A program made the translations under genes and the position numbers. 64,000 nucleotides of DNA. Source: Chrysomallon squamiferum. Lineage: Eukaryota; Animalia; Mollusca. Within the stretch, counting starts at the first letter, position 1; each line of letters opens with the position of its first letter. Of this stretch, positions 43,423-57,465 are shown in pieces. The notes under the pieces were generated by a model, which saw nothing but the letters and a program-made list of their open reading frames with translations, did not search any database and was not told where the DNA came from. The stretch lies in NCBI GenBank assembly GCA_012295275.1, contig CM022675.1:9238001-9302000 (forward strand). Reading direction: 5' to 3'.

Positions 43423-43524
43423 TATGAAGTCATACATGAACAAACTGTTTTTAATTTTTCACATAAATTTGTGTATGAATTTATGTGAAAAATTAAAAAC
43501 AGTTTGTTCATATATGACTTCATA
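43423..43524. repeat. 47-bp inverted repeat with 8-nt loop and one mismatch
   Basis: Arms 43423-43469 and 43478-43524 are reverse complements except C43435/A43512. Confidence 0.97.
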
Positions 43525-44337
43525 TTACAAGTGGAAAAAGATAAATTTCTGTATTTGTTAATTGTTCTGGACTTTTTGTTGTTGTTGAAATTACGTGTCA
43601 GTTTTAAGACTTTGTGCCTATTGTTTAATATGATGACATTCAGGGGTTGGATACAAGCACATATTACAAACACTGGTGTAGATTTTGCAGGAATATTTTA
43701 TTAGGCTGTGTTAGAACTTTGATCAGATCTTGTCTAGGTTTGATTTCATGCAGAGATGATATATTTGTGTTACTTATTGATTTTTTTTTTTCTCCCTTAT
43801 CTCATGATGAACAAGATAAAAATACTTAAGAAAGAAAAAAGAAAGAAAAAAGGAAGAAGATGGCTGTTAAATATAAATATAGATTTTCATTTACATTTTG
43901 GATAAGTTTTACTTTTAAATGTCAGTTATAAATAAAGAATATGTTTTTTTTTTTTTTTAGAGAACATTTCATTCTCTCAGTATCTTTTGTTTGTTATTTT
44001 TATATTTCCACTGGAAAAGAAAAGAAAAAGAACTCTTTTATTTTTAAGGAATCTATTTATTGAAAAAACAACAAATATATATATATATATTTATATACAA
44101 AAATTGTAAATGGGAACAAAACAAATTGAGAAAAAATAAAAAATAAAATAAATAAATCAGAATAAATAAATAAACAGTAAAAATTGAAATAAAAGTAGGA
44201 TTAAATAAATAAAAAAATAAAATAAAATCCAAAAAAATGTCAAATAAGAACCGAATGGAAATGCTTAATAATATCTTTTAGAGAATATTCTCCACCAATT
44301 ATCCAATAAAACCATTACCTGTTTGACAATCTGCTAG

Positions 44338-44369
44338 TGAGTCATGGTAACACATTCGACCTTTGACCT
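44338..44369. promoter_or_regulatory. Composite AP-1, RFX half-site and DR1 element
   Basis: TGAGTCA (44338-44344) overlaps CATGGTAAC; CGACCTTTGACCT at 44357-44369; NF-Y-type TGATTGGCTG at ~44443. Confidence 0.45.
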
Positions 44370-44574
44370 GCAGCATTAATACAGAGTGATACGGTGGAAG
44401 TAGAGCCTCTCTCCTGTCTCTTTCACGTCCTTCTCTTTGATTTGATTGGCTGATTCCAGCTAGGAACATTTGTTTGACTGAATGCTGTTGTTCTGTGTTG
44501 GCACAGAGGTGAAACAGTTTTTGATGGATCCATTTTCAATAACTTGAATCATCCAGCTAAGCTGACAGTTCTTT

Positions 44575-44612
<38 letters not shown>

Positions 44613-45050
44613 CATTTTCTTTTTCCGTTTTTTTTTGGGGGGGGTGAGGATGGCTGGTGGGAGTTTATCACCCAGCAAAACTGATTTTATTTCTAATTTC
44701 TATTTTTCAATACTTTTATTTATTTAATTTTTTTTTTTAATATTTGTCATTTTCATGCTATTATATTTTTTTGCAGTGTATAATTAATATCTGTACACAT
44801 AAATATTTAAGCTCATAAAATGTTTGACTTATTGAAAAAACAACAAAAAAAAAACAACAAATTAATAAAAATAAATGATAAAAAAAATAAATAAGTAAAA
44901 CAATAATAATAATATTAAGAACAATAATAATAATAATATTAACAACAATAACAATAGTAACAAAATAACAATAACAAATAATAATAAATAATAATAATAA
45001 TCATGAAACTCAATCCATTCTACTTACTTTTTTAGACCCATACAATCATC

Positions 45051-45210
<160 letters not shown>

Positions 45211-46704
45211 GTAATAATAATAACAATTCCAGTAACTACAGTAGTAGTAGTAAAACAATTATAATAATAATAATAATAATAATACTAACAGTAATGATAA
45301 TGTCATTTGATTTACCAGCTCAGCGTTCATGTTTTCTTTTGCCCTCCCACACCAGGAAATGATTTCTGCTTCAAAACTGATAGGAGTCACGTTTTTTTTT
45401 CCTAATTGTGTTTTCAGAGATTTATCTTAATTGTCTTTCGCTGTGCACTGACCTGTGGAAAATAAATCAGTCGTGGACTGGTGCATTCATAATTGTTATA
45501 TTATTTAATTGCGGATTTATCGCATTTTCGAATTACACAAAACAGTGGGTGGTTTTAACACTTGCGTATCATTTGTACAAAGGAGATTTTTTTTTTTTAA
45601 ATTTAAATTTATGGTTTTTGACTGGTTACAGTTTATAAATTTTGTAAAGGTTTTATTTTTGTGACGTGTAATGGAACAAATTTTGCTGAGATTTTAATTT
45701 TTTTTGTACATCTGTCTGTTTGTTGAAGACTATTTTTTTTTTTTTTTTTTTTTATGAATAACTAAAGTTTCAGCAAAATGTTGTATTATTTGTATTTAAA
45801 ACAGCTAATTCATTAAAATTTAAACTTTTTAAAATTATTGAATGCATCTAAAGCATTTTGCATTTTTCAGATCTAAATGGTCCAAAGTGTTGTATCTTGA
45901 TGTTTAAAATCCTGACCAAGAAGAAATAATTAATAATAAAGTTTATAAAATGTTTTGATTTCCTATTGCAGCTTTTATCCATCTTGCTTAAAAATTCAAA
46001 AATCATACTTTTAAAAGTCTTCATTTTTAAAATACTGTATTTAGTATCCTAAAAACTTTTACATTTTTTACCACATCCTCCTTTTTTTTATGTTTTAACA
46101 TCCCAAAATATTATATTTTGAATTTTAAAAACCTTTAAATTTCTTGTCACAAACTTTATCCACCTTTTTTTTTTTTTTCTTCATATTTTAAGATCCCCAA
46201 ATATTACATTTTGAATTCTAAAAACCTTCAAATTTCTTGTCGCAAACTGCACCCACCTAAACTGTTTAGCATTTTTGTTTTTTTATTACTCTTGTCAGAC
46301 TGTCACGGAGAATGTCTGGCTTCCTACGATTTCACTTCACTGACATCTTATTTCTCCAGACTCCTCCTTCGCGGCAATAAGATGGCAGCAGCTCATTACA
46401 GAGGACAAATTGTCTTTGTCCTCCTTCCCCATACCTCTCGTTCTGTAAGAAATATTGTTCACAGGTGAACGTAAAGTTGATTCCCTCTCTCGATCATCAA
46501 TCATTATTAAGCAGACAATTGTTTATTTTCGGAGTTTCGAACTTCTGTAATTAACAGAGATGGGTTTATGTAATGTCCTTGTCTCACGGGCAGTTATTAG
46601 TTTAGGGCAGATGTACTGGAGGGTGGGCACAGACAAAGGATTTCTGACTTCTTGCGATTTTTTATTGTAATTGGGTGTTTCTTATCAGAAAAAAATATAT
46701 ATAT

Positions 46705-46940
46705 AAAAGAATAGAAGTTTAATTTGAATAGGAATGGAAATATAGTATGAAATAAAATAAAAAGAGCTAAGTAAACAGATAGATAGATAGATAAATAAAT
46801 AAATAGTGTTGTAGTTGTTGTTGCAGTAGTAGTGATAATGCCAGTACTGTTATATTTGTATGAATTTATATTGAAAAATGAAAAACAGTTTATTTATGTG
46901 TTACAAGTGGAAAAAGATACATTTTTTTATTTATTAATTT
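46705..46940 (+). repeat. Dispersed paralogue of 43205-43565
   Basis: Shared collinear blocks AGGAATGGAAATATA, AGTGATAATG, TGTATGAATTTAT..GAAAAAT.AAAAACAGTTT and TTACAAGTGGAAAAAGATA. Confidence 0.8.
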
Positions 46941-48737
46941 TTAAAACAGAAACAATATATTTGCATATCAGCTTGTCTTGGAAATGGAAATATCATGCAT
47001 TTTATATGAATAAATTCTTCATATAATAGGAAACAATATATTTGAATATGAATTTATCTTAGAAATGGAAACACTATGTATATTTGTTTATGAAGTAATA
47101 ACACATATTACATCACATATGTAAAACAATATCATTATAAGAATTTATTACAAATCAAACCATATAACATCTGTGTAACCCTGATGACAGACTGATGGAG
47201 AGACAAACAGAAGGTGTGCAGATGACAGCTGGCTTTTAACAAAGGAATGCATTCTGGGTGCTGCCAGATTTTTGGTGTAATTTGCTGCCCATTATCTCAT
47301 CCAGCGTTTTGACAAATGAAGCCGTGTAATGAAATTTCCCCACCACCGCGAATATCAGTTGTCGAAGTCACCCGTCTCATTACATTCAGGTATTTCAGAA
47401 TCAGATAAAAACCCAGGCCACTCTCCCATCTCGCACTATAATCTAATAATTCATTCAGATTAGGTAGAAGGCAGTTATCTCCAGCTAAGAGAACTCTCCT
47501 GAACAGAAAAGTCACCGTTTGTTCCAAACGGGTCTTATGCTTTACCGTGAAGTGCATGTGGCAGCAACTTGTACAAATTTATGGAATATTTCAAATGATG
47601 ACACATGTTTGAAAATTCCTACCAAGAGAGATAAGACTGAGGTCTGACATGTTATGGTGGGGTGTCACTGGTGGTTTGGAAGGTGGGAGAATTTTTCTTT
47701 CAATGGGAATCAGTTGATGGTGGGTGCAATTAATGACGATTGCAGCAGGAAATCATCTATCTTGTTCAAGGTTTCCGTATCTTGTGAATTCTTCAAACCA
47801 GTTAAATTATTGGAGTGTGTTAAATGTTTGATTTGTTCAAAGAATGACAAATGAATAAGGCTATGAAAATGAAAGAAGAATGAATCTTCTCACCTGTTAG
47901 GAAGAGATCCAGTTTATAATAAATAAATAAATAAATAAATAATTATATTAAGGAATGAAAATGTTTTGAATAAAAGAGGATAAAGCTGTTTTAACACGAT
48001 TACATTCTGCTTTTTCATTATTGCATTTCTATTGTTTTCATTATTTGTGATATAATTAGACATTTTATTTTGGTAACATCAAGAGAATCTTCAAGAAAAC
48101 AAAATATTTAAAAAAAAAAAAAATAACAAATTAGCAAAATGTCTTGTTTACTTTTTGTTACCAAAATGGATGTTTAAGGTCAAAAGTTTGCTTTTTCAAA
48201 TCTTCTAAATTTTATTTTACTTTTTAACTTTTTCAGAGAATGATGAAAAAAAAAAAAAAAGTTTATCACATTGCTTATAACTGAATTCATTTTAATTGCA
48301 TAAACATTTTTAAAAAAATGATACTAACACATTAGATTTTTTTATATATAAATAAAAAAATTTCAAATTAAATTATTTCTTAAGGTATACTCTTGAAAGT
48401 TTATTTGTTAAAGGTTTTGGTATCATACTGACACATTTATTTATTTTTTATTTTTTGCTTGTGTATTTTTCAGCACCAAGTGTAAGAACATAACTGTGTG
48501 ATTAAGTCAACATTGTTATTGATTTGTTTAATGCAGCGATATGCTCTGCACCACAGTCATGGTTGGGCCATTTATCAACAGGATTTCAGACAAAATACAT
48601 TAATTTTTATTTATTAACAGGCGTACAGTACACTTCATCTTATAAACAAGACCACAGACTGGCAATATTATACCGAAAACTCAGTATGTTTATACTGGTA
48701 ACTAAATAATGTAAGTCTGGTATTGCAGAATTTTTAG

Positions 48738-49335
48738 ACCGGTAACTTAGCATTGTGTCTGTTAAAACATTCTTAGACTGGTAACTCAGCATTCTCAGAT
48801 TGGTAACTCAGCATTCTCTGATTGGTAACTCAGCATTCTCTGATTGGTAACTCAGCATTCTCTGATTGGTAACTCAACATTCTCAGATTGGTAACTCAAC
48901 GTTCTTAGATTGGTAACTCAACAGTACTGAACATTATGTCTGATAGCTCAACTTCTGTAGCTTGATTTTAGACTGGTAACTTGATTTTAGACTGGTAACT
49001 TGATTTTAGACTGGTAACTTAACATTAGACTGGTAACTCAACATCAGTTTGGTACTCTTAGAGTAAACTGGTAACATTAGATCAGTATTTCAACATTAGA
49101 CTGGTACTAAAAGAACAGGCTGGTAACTCGGCATTAAACTGGTAACTTAACATTAGACTGGTAACTCAACATCAGATTGGTACTCTTAGAGTAAACTGGT
49201 AACATTAGATCAGTATTTCAACATTAGACTGGTACTAAAAGAACAGGCTGGTAACTCGGCATTAAACTGGTAACTTAACATTAGACCGGTAACTGAGAAA
49301 GGTAACTACTGAACATTACAGACTGGTGACTCAAC
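48738..49335. repeat. Hierarchical minisatellite built on TGGTAACT
   Basis: 22-bp unit x6 from 48780, 19-bp unit x3 from 48961, and a 128-bp unit at 49011, 49139 and 49267 (partial). Confidence 0.95.
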
Positions 49336-50670
49336 ATCATACTGGTAAGTTTAACAACACCAATAACTGAAAATGTTTTGGACACATTACCCTGCTTGGG
49401 ATGAATAATCACCCAAACTGGAAGACATAACGAAAATATCAAATTATTGCTGGAGAATTGAGTCTGGCTGCTTTTATTGAATGAGTGTAATAAATATTTC
49501 TTTTGTCTGTTCCATCTTCAGTGGGGCTTGCTTGATGTAACTGGGCTGTTATTTGTTTGTTTGGTGCACACTGCAATTGATCAAATTATTCAGGGTTGTG
49601 GAAACAAAATGGCTGTTTTGGTTATAGTAGCTGGGTTGTTTTTGGGGTTTTTTGGGGGGCAATTTTTATTTTGATAATTTTTGTTTGTTTCAGGGTTGTA
49701 GAAGATAATGAAAATAAAGTATTTATGGACTATTTTTTTTAGGGATATATATATATATATATAAGATTGGCAACAGAACATTAGAAAGTAATTATATATA
49801 TATATATATCTGTAAACAAAATATTTAAAAGGTTCATTAATACTTTATTATCTTCTACAAACACTAAAACAATATACATTATGCTGTTTGTATAACCAGT
49901 GAAAAAGGTTTAATGAGGAAACGGGAGATTTAGTTTCTAAAGAGAAAAATAAAAATCTTAGATATATGACACATTTTGAAAGTGTTCTGTCAGATTTATT
50001 TCACAAATGAGGTTTTAAATTTGATTAGATGCTTGTTAAAAAAAAAAAAAAAAAAAAATAAAAACCAACCAACAAACAAACAAAAAATACTTATGAAAAT
50101 GATGATATATTAAAACATGCTTTTAAAAATTTTTGAATAAAAAAAAAAAAAATTAAAATTAAAAAATGAAAGAAGAAATGTATTGGTCATTAATTTTGAA
50201 ATTAAATTTTTTTTTTCATTACTTTTTACCTATTATTAAATCATTTTAAATCATTGTCACGTTTTATAGTAATAGCAAAATATTTATTTAGTATTTTTTT
50301 CTATAATTTAAAGATATCCATTGTTATATAATTTTCACCTATATATTTTAGTTTCAGCGGTATGATGATGTTTGGACAAAAATCTTTAAAGATAAAAAAA
50401 TGTTATTATCTCTTTCATTATTAATAATAATAACAGTAATAGTGTAGTAGTAAGTAGAAGCAGCAGTTGTAGTAATAGTAGTAGTAGTAATAACAGTAGT
50501 AGTAGTAGTGGTAGTAGCAGTAATAGTAGTAGTAATAATAACAATAGTAGTAGTTGTTTATTTTTGAAAAATGAAAAATCCTTGATATATCACACACACA
50601 AACACACACAAACACACACACACACACAAACACACATATACACAAACACACATTCACACACACACACAAA

Positions 50671-50727
<57 letters not shown>

Positions 50728-50913
50728 ACGAAACCAAGAATTTTAATCAAATGAACGTTTTCAAAATATTAAAATATAAAAAAATAAAAAATAAAAAAAA
50801 AAAATAAATCGGGGGGAAAAAAAAGAAAAAAAGAAATAAGGAAAGAAATTACGCCACATTGTGAAAGCCACAAATTAAGATACCTTTAATATTTTTTTTC
50901 ATTTTCTGCCTCA

Positions 50914-50927
50914 CTGCCTCCTAGCGT
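50914..50927 (-). promoter_or_regulatory. CTCF-like motif ACGCTAGGAGGCAG
   Basis: 12/14 match to CCRSYAGRKGGCRS on the minus strand, followed by TG, in a CpG-retaining island. Confidence 0.35.
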
Positions 50928-51170
50928 CTTTAGAAAGACATCAAACATTGGCGACGCGAATGTAACGGTTGTTTGGACGGCAGCTACACATCACTGATCA
51001 TCAGGCTTCGCAAACTGAAAAGACCTGTACATAAAAGAGATGGTTATGCATTAGATTTTGAATAAGACGATACAAAATCACTCTGTCCCGTATTAAAAGA
51101 TTTCCTTCGCTTATTGCCATTATTTTCTTTTTTTTTTTTTTACATTTCTTCTTTTTTAAAAGATTTAAAA

Positions 51171-51220
<50 letters not shown>

Positions 51221-51643
51221 CATATTTGTGGCTGTGATTTTGGAAAGAATGGCTGTTTAAACATCGTTGCGTCTTTTTCAGACTTTGTGTGTTCAGATTC
51301 TGCGCCTCTAATGAGTGCAATTCTGTTCTTGATTTTTTTTTTTACTTCGCCATTGTAAACTGTATTCATGAGGTCAAAAGACATGAGCATCGATCATGTT
51401 GTATTTTCCACATTTCAATGTCGATTAATTTGTATTTAATAAGGAGCCCAGTTAATGGAGATGAGCTAGTTTTCTTCATTATCTGGATGATTTACCAGGA
51501 ATTTTTTTTTTTTTTTTTTTTTTTATATTATTATTGTTATTTACTAACTGATGTAATTTAACAAATTTAATGTTGCTGTCTCTTTCCCATTTTGGTTTAA
51601 TTTTACATTTTATTTTTTTTTTTTATATATATATATATATATA

Positions 51644-51677
<34 letters not shown>

Positions 51678-52190
51678 TTTGTGGTAACATTTAGTAGTAA
51701 AAATATGAAATAATTTTATTACTATTTTTTTATTTTCAATTTTTTGTATTTATAAGAAAATATTTTTTTTTTTAAAGCTTCAAAATGGGCAGAATCTTTC
51801 AGATAAGGCATTGTTATTAATAAAATAATAATTTAAAAAAGAAATAAAGAAAAAATAAAAAAAAAATAAATTCAGTAAATAAAATAAATATAAAGAAATT
51901 TGAATTTAAGAATTTAACACATCCTTCTTATTTAAATTTACTAAAAGAAACAAAAAAAGAAAAGATAATTGAACAATTTTAAAAATTACTGTTCAAATAA
52001 AAATAATAAAACAAAATTAAATTAAAGAAAAGAAAAAAAAAACTCTAGAAATACAAATGTTCTTAATTTTAATTCATGAATATCATTTTCTTCATAAAAT
52101 TTTAATATCTCTTCTTGTTCAAACAGTCTTTTTTCTTCGTTTTTTCTTTTCTTTTTTTTCCATTTTAATGATCACTTTATCAAAAGCAAT

Positions 52191-52221
<31 letters not shown>

Positions 52222-52680
52222 AAAATGTCATTTATACTACTTGAGAAAGCAGAGAAAATGGCCCATTTAAAATCTCCGAGCATTTTATTACCTTCTGTGT
52301 TTGCTTTTCACTTGAATATCACAGTTCAGGCCAGCCTTTGAAAGCTAGGTAACAATCACAGATAAAACCACTCGAGACATAATTGCCACTTAATAGGTAA
52401 ATACAGGTAACAATAGGGCTATCAGTGTGTACCTTATTTCATCAAGTGTTACTTTTGTATCACTCATTCAGCCCTGTCATTATCAAATATTAGTTTATAT
52501 CGTTCAATCAGGATTATGATTATTATTATTATTATTATCATCATCAAGTATTAGTTCATATCAGCCAATCATGGCTATTGTTATGAAATATCACTTTTTA
52601 TTGTCCAATCAGGGTCATTATTACAGTAATTACACATCATGAAAGTGTGCTTTTCAGTGATCGTCAGTAAAAGAATAACC

Positions 52681-52793
52681 CAGGTGGAACAGGTGAAATT
52701 TTGTTAAGTGTTGTTTAGTCGCAGGTGAGATAAGCTTGTTAAGGTGACATTAAGTTGCAGGTGACATGTGGATCAGCTAACTGATAGGTGTGA
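52681..52793 (+). promoter_or_regulatory. Homotypic AGGTG cluster (E2-box / T-box half-sites)
   Basis: CAGGTG at 52681, 52690, 52722, 52758; AGGTGACA at 52742; AGGTGTGA at 52786. All on the same strand. Confidence 0.6.
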
Positions 52794-52883
52794 ATGTGTG
52801 ATGTGATATTGTTTATGAGGACAGAACAATAGTAAAAATAATTTAGGGGATTTGTTTTCTTATTTGTGTCTTTTTTTTAAACT

Positions 52884-52915
<32 letters not shown>

Positions 52916-53050
52916 TTTTTCTTTTTCTTCCCTCTGATGTGTGAATAAAAATTTAGAAGGTTTTGAAATAGTTTTTAATTATAACTTTTTTTATTATTAT
53001 TATTATTTTTCACAGTGAAATGTTTTGTAACTGTTCCTGGTATAAACTAC

Positions 53051-53081
<31 letters not shown>

Positions 53082-54814
53082 TATCAATATTGAACTTTTA
53101 ATTATATTCTTTGTTAAGTTTTAATTATATTCTTTGTTAAGTTTTCAAAACTCTCAAATCTTTATCACATGTAAATTCATACAAATAGATGTTGTTATTG
53201 TTGTTTCTTATTTTTCTTTTTTAAATTATTATTATTATTATTATTATTATTATCATCATCATCATCATTGCTATTATTATTAACTCCATATTCCCAGTTG
53301 GTCTGTCTTATAACTATTTCAACAAATAAACCATATAAATCATCAAAACAATCATTTATTCAGGTAAATATTTAAACTTTTTTTCATTTTTTTTTTTCTT
53401 CTCCAAAAAAACACAAACAAATCAGGACATCATCATCGTCATGTAAGTTCATTCAAGGTAAACGCCGATGAAGCCGTGGCAGAGAAATGCACCCTGCTTG
53501 ACTTCTCCCAATAATTACAGGTCGGGATATTTTTTCTCCTGCAAGAACCTTTTGTCCGATCCTTTGTCTTGCTGCGGAGTTGATTACACCTTAATTCCAT
53601 TGATCCAGGAAAGAGCGATCGTCTCGATGTTCTCGCGTTTTTGTTCCACCCTTCGTCGACAGATTAAGAGCTCGTGTCATCTGCTTATTTTTCCACACAG
53701 CAGATTTGCTTTTATTGAAAAACTTAATAGGGTGTTTTTCTTCTTCTTCTTCTTCTTCTTTCATTTTTTTTTTTTTTTTTTTTTCATAATGGGAGTATAA
53801 TTCGGATTGGGAACAATGGAGAAATCGCCTTTGTATCAATGTCTAAGTCTTGGTCGTGTCGACGAATAAGGTCAAATCAAGTGGGGGTATTCCTTGTCTC
53901 TTAGTATTTGTGAATTTTCTTCTTGATTTTTGTTTCTTTTTTTTTTCTTTTCTTTTCTTTTATTGTTGCAAAATGGTGACCAGGTGATATTTTACTTGAG
54001 AGCAGTGATCAAAGAAAAAGAAAAAAAAAAGCTATTAACACTCATCTTAATATTTAATGAATTATTTTTGTTTGTCGTGTGTAATTAAGCCAGATTTTAA
54101 CTTCTTAAGCTTTGGATAAGAGTTTTTGCTTTAGGTTTGAGTACATAAATGATATTTGGGGCTTGTGTAATTATAAATTTAATCTTTGTAGTTGAGTTTG
54201 TAGACAGATGAAATTTGAGTCTTAATTAATTTTGAGTCATGTTGCTGTTAAGACTTTGAGCAGTAGATATTTTACAGTTGTTTTTAATTTCAGTTATATA
54301 AATTAATTACATGTATTCATTGTTAGATTTATTTATTTATTTATTTATTTGTTGTTGCTGTTATTGTTATTATGATCATCATTATTATGATTATTTATTT
54401 ATTTATTTATTTAAATTTATTTATTTTAGAGATTATTTATATATTTATTTTTTAAATTTATTTATTTTAGAGATTATTTATATATTTTTTATATGTTTTT
54501 TAAAATTTATTTATTTTAGAGATTATTTATATATTTATATATTTGTTTATGATCATCATCATCATCATCATCTTCATCATCATCATCTTAATCATTGTTC
54601 ATAAAAATAAATACTTTATAAATATAAGAGAAGCACTGATCCTGAAAACTGCGACACTCCACACAGCCAGACTCAACCCACTAAATCTGAAATTGTTTCT
54701 GACTTTGAGTAAACAGAATCATGTTTTTATTACTCGCAAACACACTGCTAGATACCTCCACGAAACACCAAATACATTTAGATTTCACACCACCTGTACC
54801 GGTGATACCTGCCA

Positions 54815-54833
54815 GGGTCAAGGTCAAAGGTCA
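54815..54833 (+). promoter_or_regulatory. Triple nuclear-receptor half-site GGGTCA-AGGTCA-A-AGGTCA (DR0+DR1)
   Basis: Three perfect RGGTCA hexamers in 19 bp. Confidence 0.65.
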
Positions 54834-56150
54834 CATTGTGATAAAGATAAAGTGCATTCACCAAGTTAACCCAACCAATTAGAAGTACAGGGGGAGATGT
54901 TTTGTGGAGGGAGGGATGTCAGCATACCTGTTTATCAAGACCGTATAACATGTTTGATAAATGGAATTTAGGGAGTGGGGGACTGCATACCTGTTGTCAT
55001 ATTTTGGCGATGGAGAATGATGGGAAGGGGAGAGTTTGTTGGTAAACCTGTTACCAGGCTGAGGCAAATCTGTCAGTATTTCTGTCTGTATGTTTTTCTA
55101 TCTGCCTCCCTGCATGCATAAATACTCATACATATGTATGTACACATACAGATAATGCACACAAGCACACATACAGACAAATAGACATATACAGATATTC
55201 ATTCAGAAACAACATAGACACAGATACACATACACAGATACACATACACATACACATATACCCACACAGAAACAAACACATACATTCATAGATACATACA
55301 ATGACACATACACATACATACACTTATGCACTTACTCAGATATATATGCTAAACAGATACACACACAATTACACATGCATACATACACATACATACACAC
55401 AACTGATCACACAGACAGACAGACAGACACACACAACACAGTTGTCATGAATGTTGATACAAAAGCTGCCTTTTATCATGTACTTCAAACCTTATCAAGA
55501 GTTCCAGCAGGTTTACTTGAAAGGGGTGGGGGGTCCTTCTAGGATACCTGTTATCAGAACTATCTATGTTTGTGAAGGGAAGGTGCAAGGTGTGGGGGGG
55601 GCAACCGAAATACCTGTTATCTGCATCGTAAAACATCTGATTTATGTTACTCACCTAGTTCTCACCTTTCTATGGGGGGTAATAAACAGGGGGTGGGTAG
55701 ATACGGGGTGGTGCATGGAGGTGTTGGCAGAGTTGTAGTTAGTTATATACGTTATTGATGTGCAGTTTTATCTCCACTTCTTATCTGGGGATAACGTTAG
55801 GATAAGAATATGGAAATGTGTATTTATATCACTGGATGTTTGTCTGTCTGTCTGTCTATCTGTATGTATATTTGTTTGATTTTATGTCTGATGTTCTTGA
55901 TAATATCATACTTTTTGTTGTTGTTGTTATTGTTGTTATCATTTTGATTATTATTATTGCGATTGTTGTTGTTGTTGTTGCTGTTATTATTTACTGAAAT
56001 TGTATGACAGGTATTTATAAAATTAATATTTGTTTGGAACCAGAAAAACAGATATATAATTGTGAAATCCATTAAATACTAATTTTGAATTGTGTAAACT
56101 TTATTATTATTATTATTATTAAAACATAACACAATCTAATGTTTGTTAAT

Positions 56151-56231
<81 letters not shown>

Positions 56232-57425
56232 TAAAAAAAATTAATAATAATCACATTCAAGTGTTTAAAATAAATTATTTTTATTTATTTATTTTCATTT
56301 ATTTTTAAATTAAATTTTCTTTCTTTCCTTTGTTCTTTCTTTTAATTGATTTTTAAAATTAAATTACTTATATTTTTCTTTTTTCTTTTCTTTCTGTCTT
56401 TCTTTTCACAAAATTTTAAATTATTTAAATTTTTCTTTCTTTTATCTTTCATTCATGCTTTTTCTTTTAATTAATTTTTAAAATTATATATATTTTTCTT
56501 TTTTCTTTGTTCTTTTTTCTTTCATTCCTTTTATTTTTAATTAATTTTTAAAATTAAATTATTCATATCTCTCCTTATGTTTCTTCTTTCTTTCATTTCA
56601 TTCTTTCATCACTTTTTCAAATGAAATTAGTTACATTTATCTTTTTTCATGTTCTCTTTCTTTCATTCTTTTTCTTTTCTTTATTTTTTAAAATTATATT
56701 CTTTCTTTCTTTCTTTCTTTCTTTCTTTCCCTCCTTGTATCTTATGACATAAAGGAAATCACCAATGTTTATATTTACGATTATCACCAGATTTTCTTCC
56801 GACTGAGAAAAGGACAATCGAGCCCGACACGTGGGCGAAATTGCTTTCCCATTGTCACTTAATTACAGGTGTTACAATCTCAGGTGTAATGCAGATGGGC
56901 GGGGATGAGGCAGGGTTTAAGCACTCAGTAATGATTATGTCTGTCAGACATGCAAACAAGCGATAAACGGAACCCCCCGAAACAATGGAAATTTTCACAA
57001 AAGCGTCCCTCGGAGAATTCCCAATTCAATATTGCCGCAATGCTGAAGAATGGATCCTGGAATTCTTCAATTTGCCATTCTCCCTAGTTGTTTCCTTGTT
57101 TGTTTATGACGATTGTTTTCATAAATTATTGGTCTACTGGGAAGTGGTTTTAGGACACAAACAGGTCTGTACTTTGTAGGAATATATTGTGTCAGAAACA
57201 AACAAAAATTTTTATGACGTAAATTGGGGAATAGGAAAGAAAACGGAAAAAAGCAAATTAGCCTGAAATGATAAAAACAGTGAAAATGTATCTGCAGACT
57301 GGTGAAAAGAAATTTTTATGTTAATATTTTTCAGCGAAGAAGAATTTTTTATTTTATTTATGTATTTATTTGCTTATTTGTTTTTTTTTATTTATTTATT
57401 TATTTACCTGCTTATTTATTAATTT

Positions 57426-57465
<40 letters not shown>

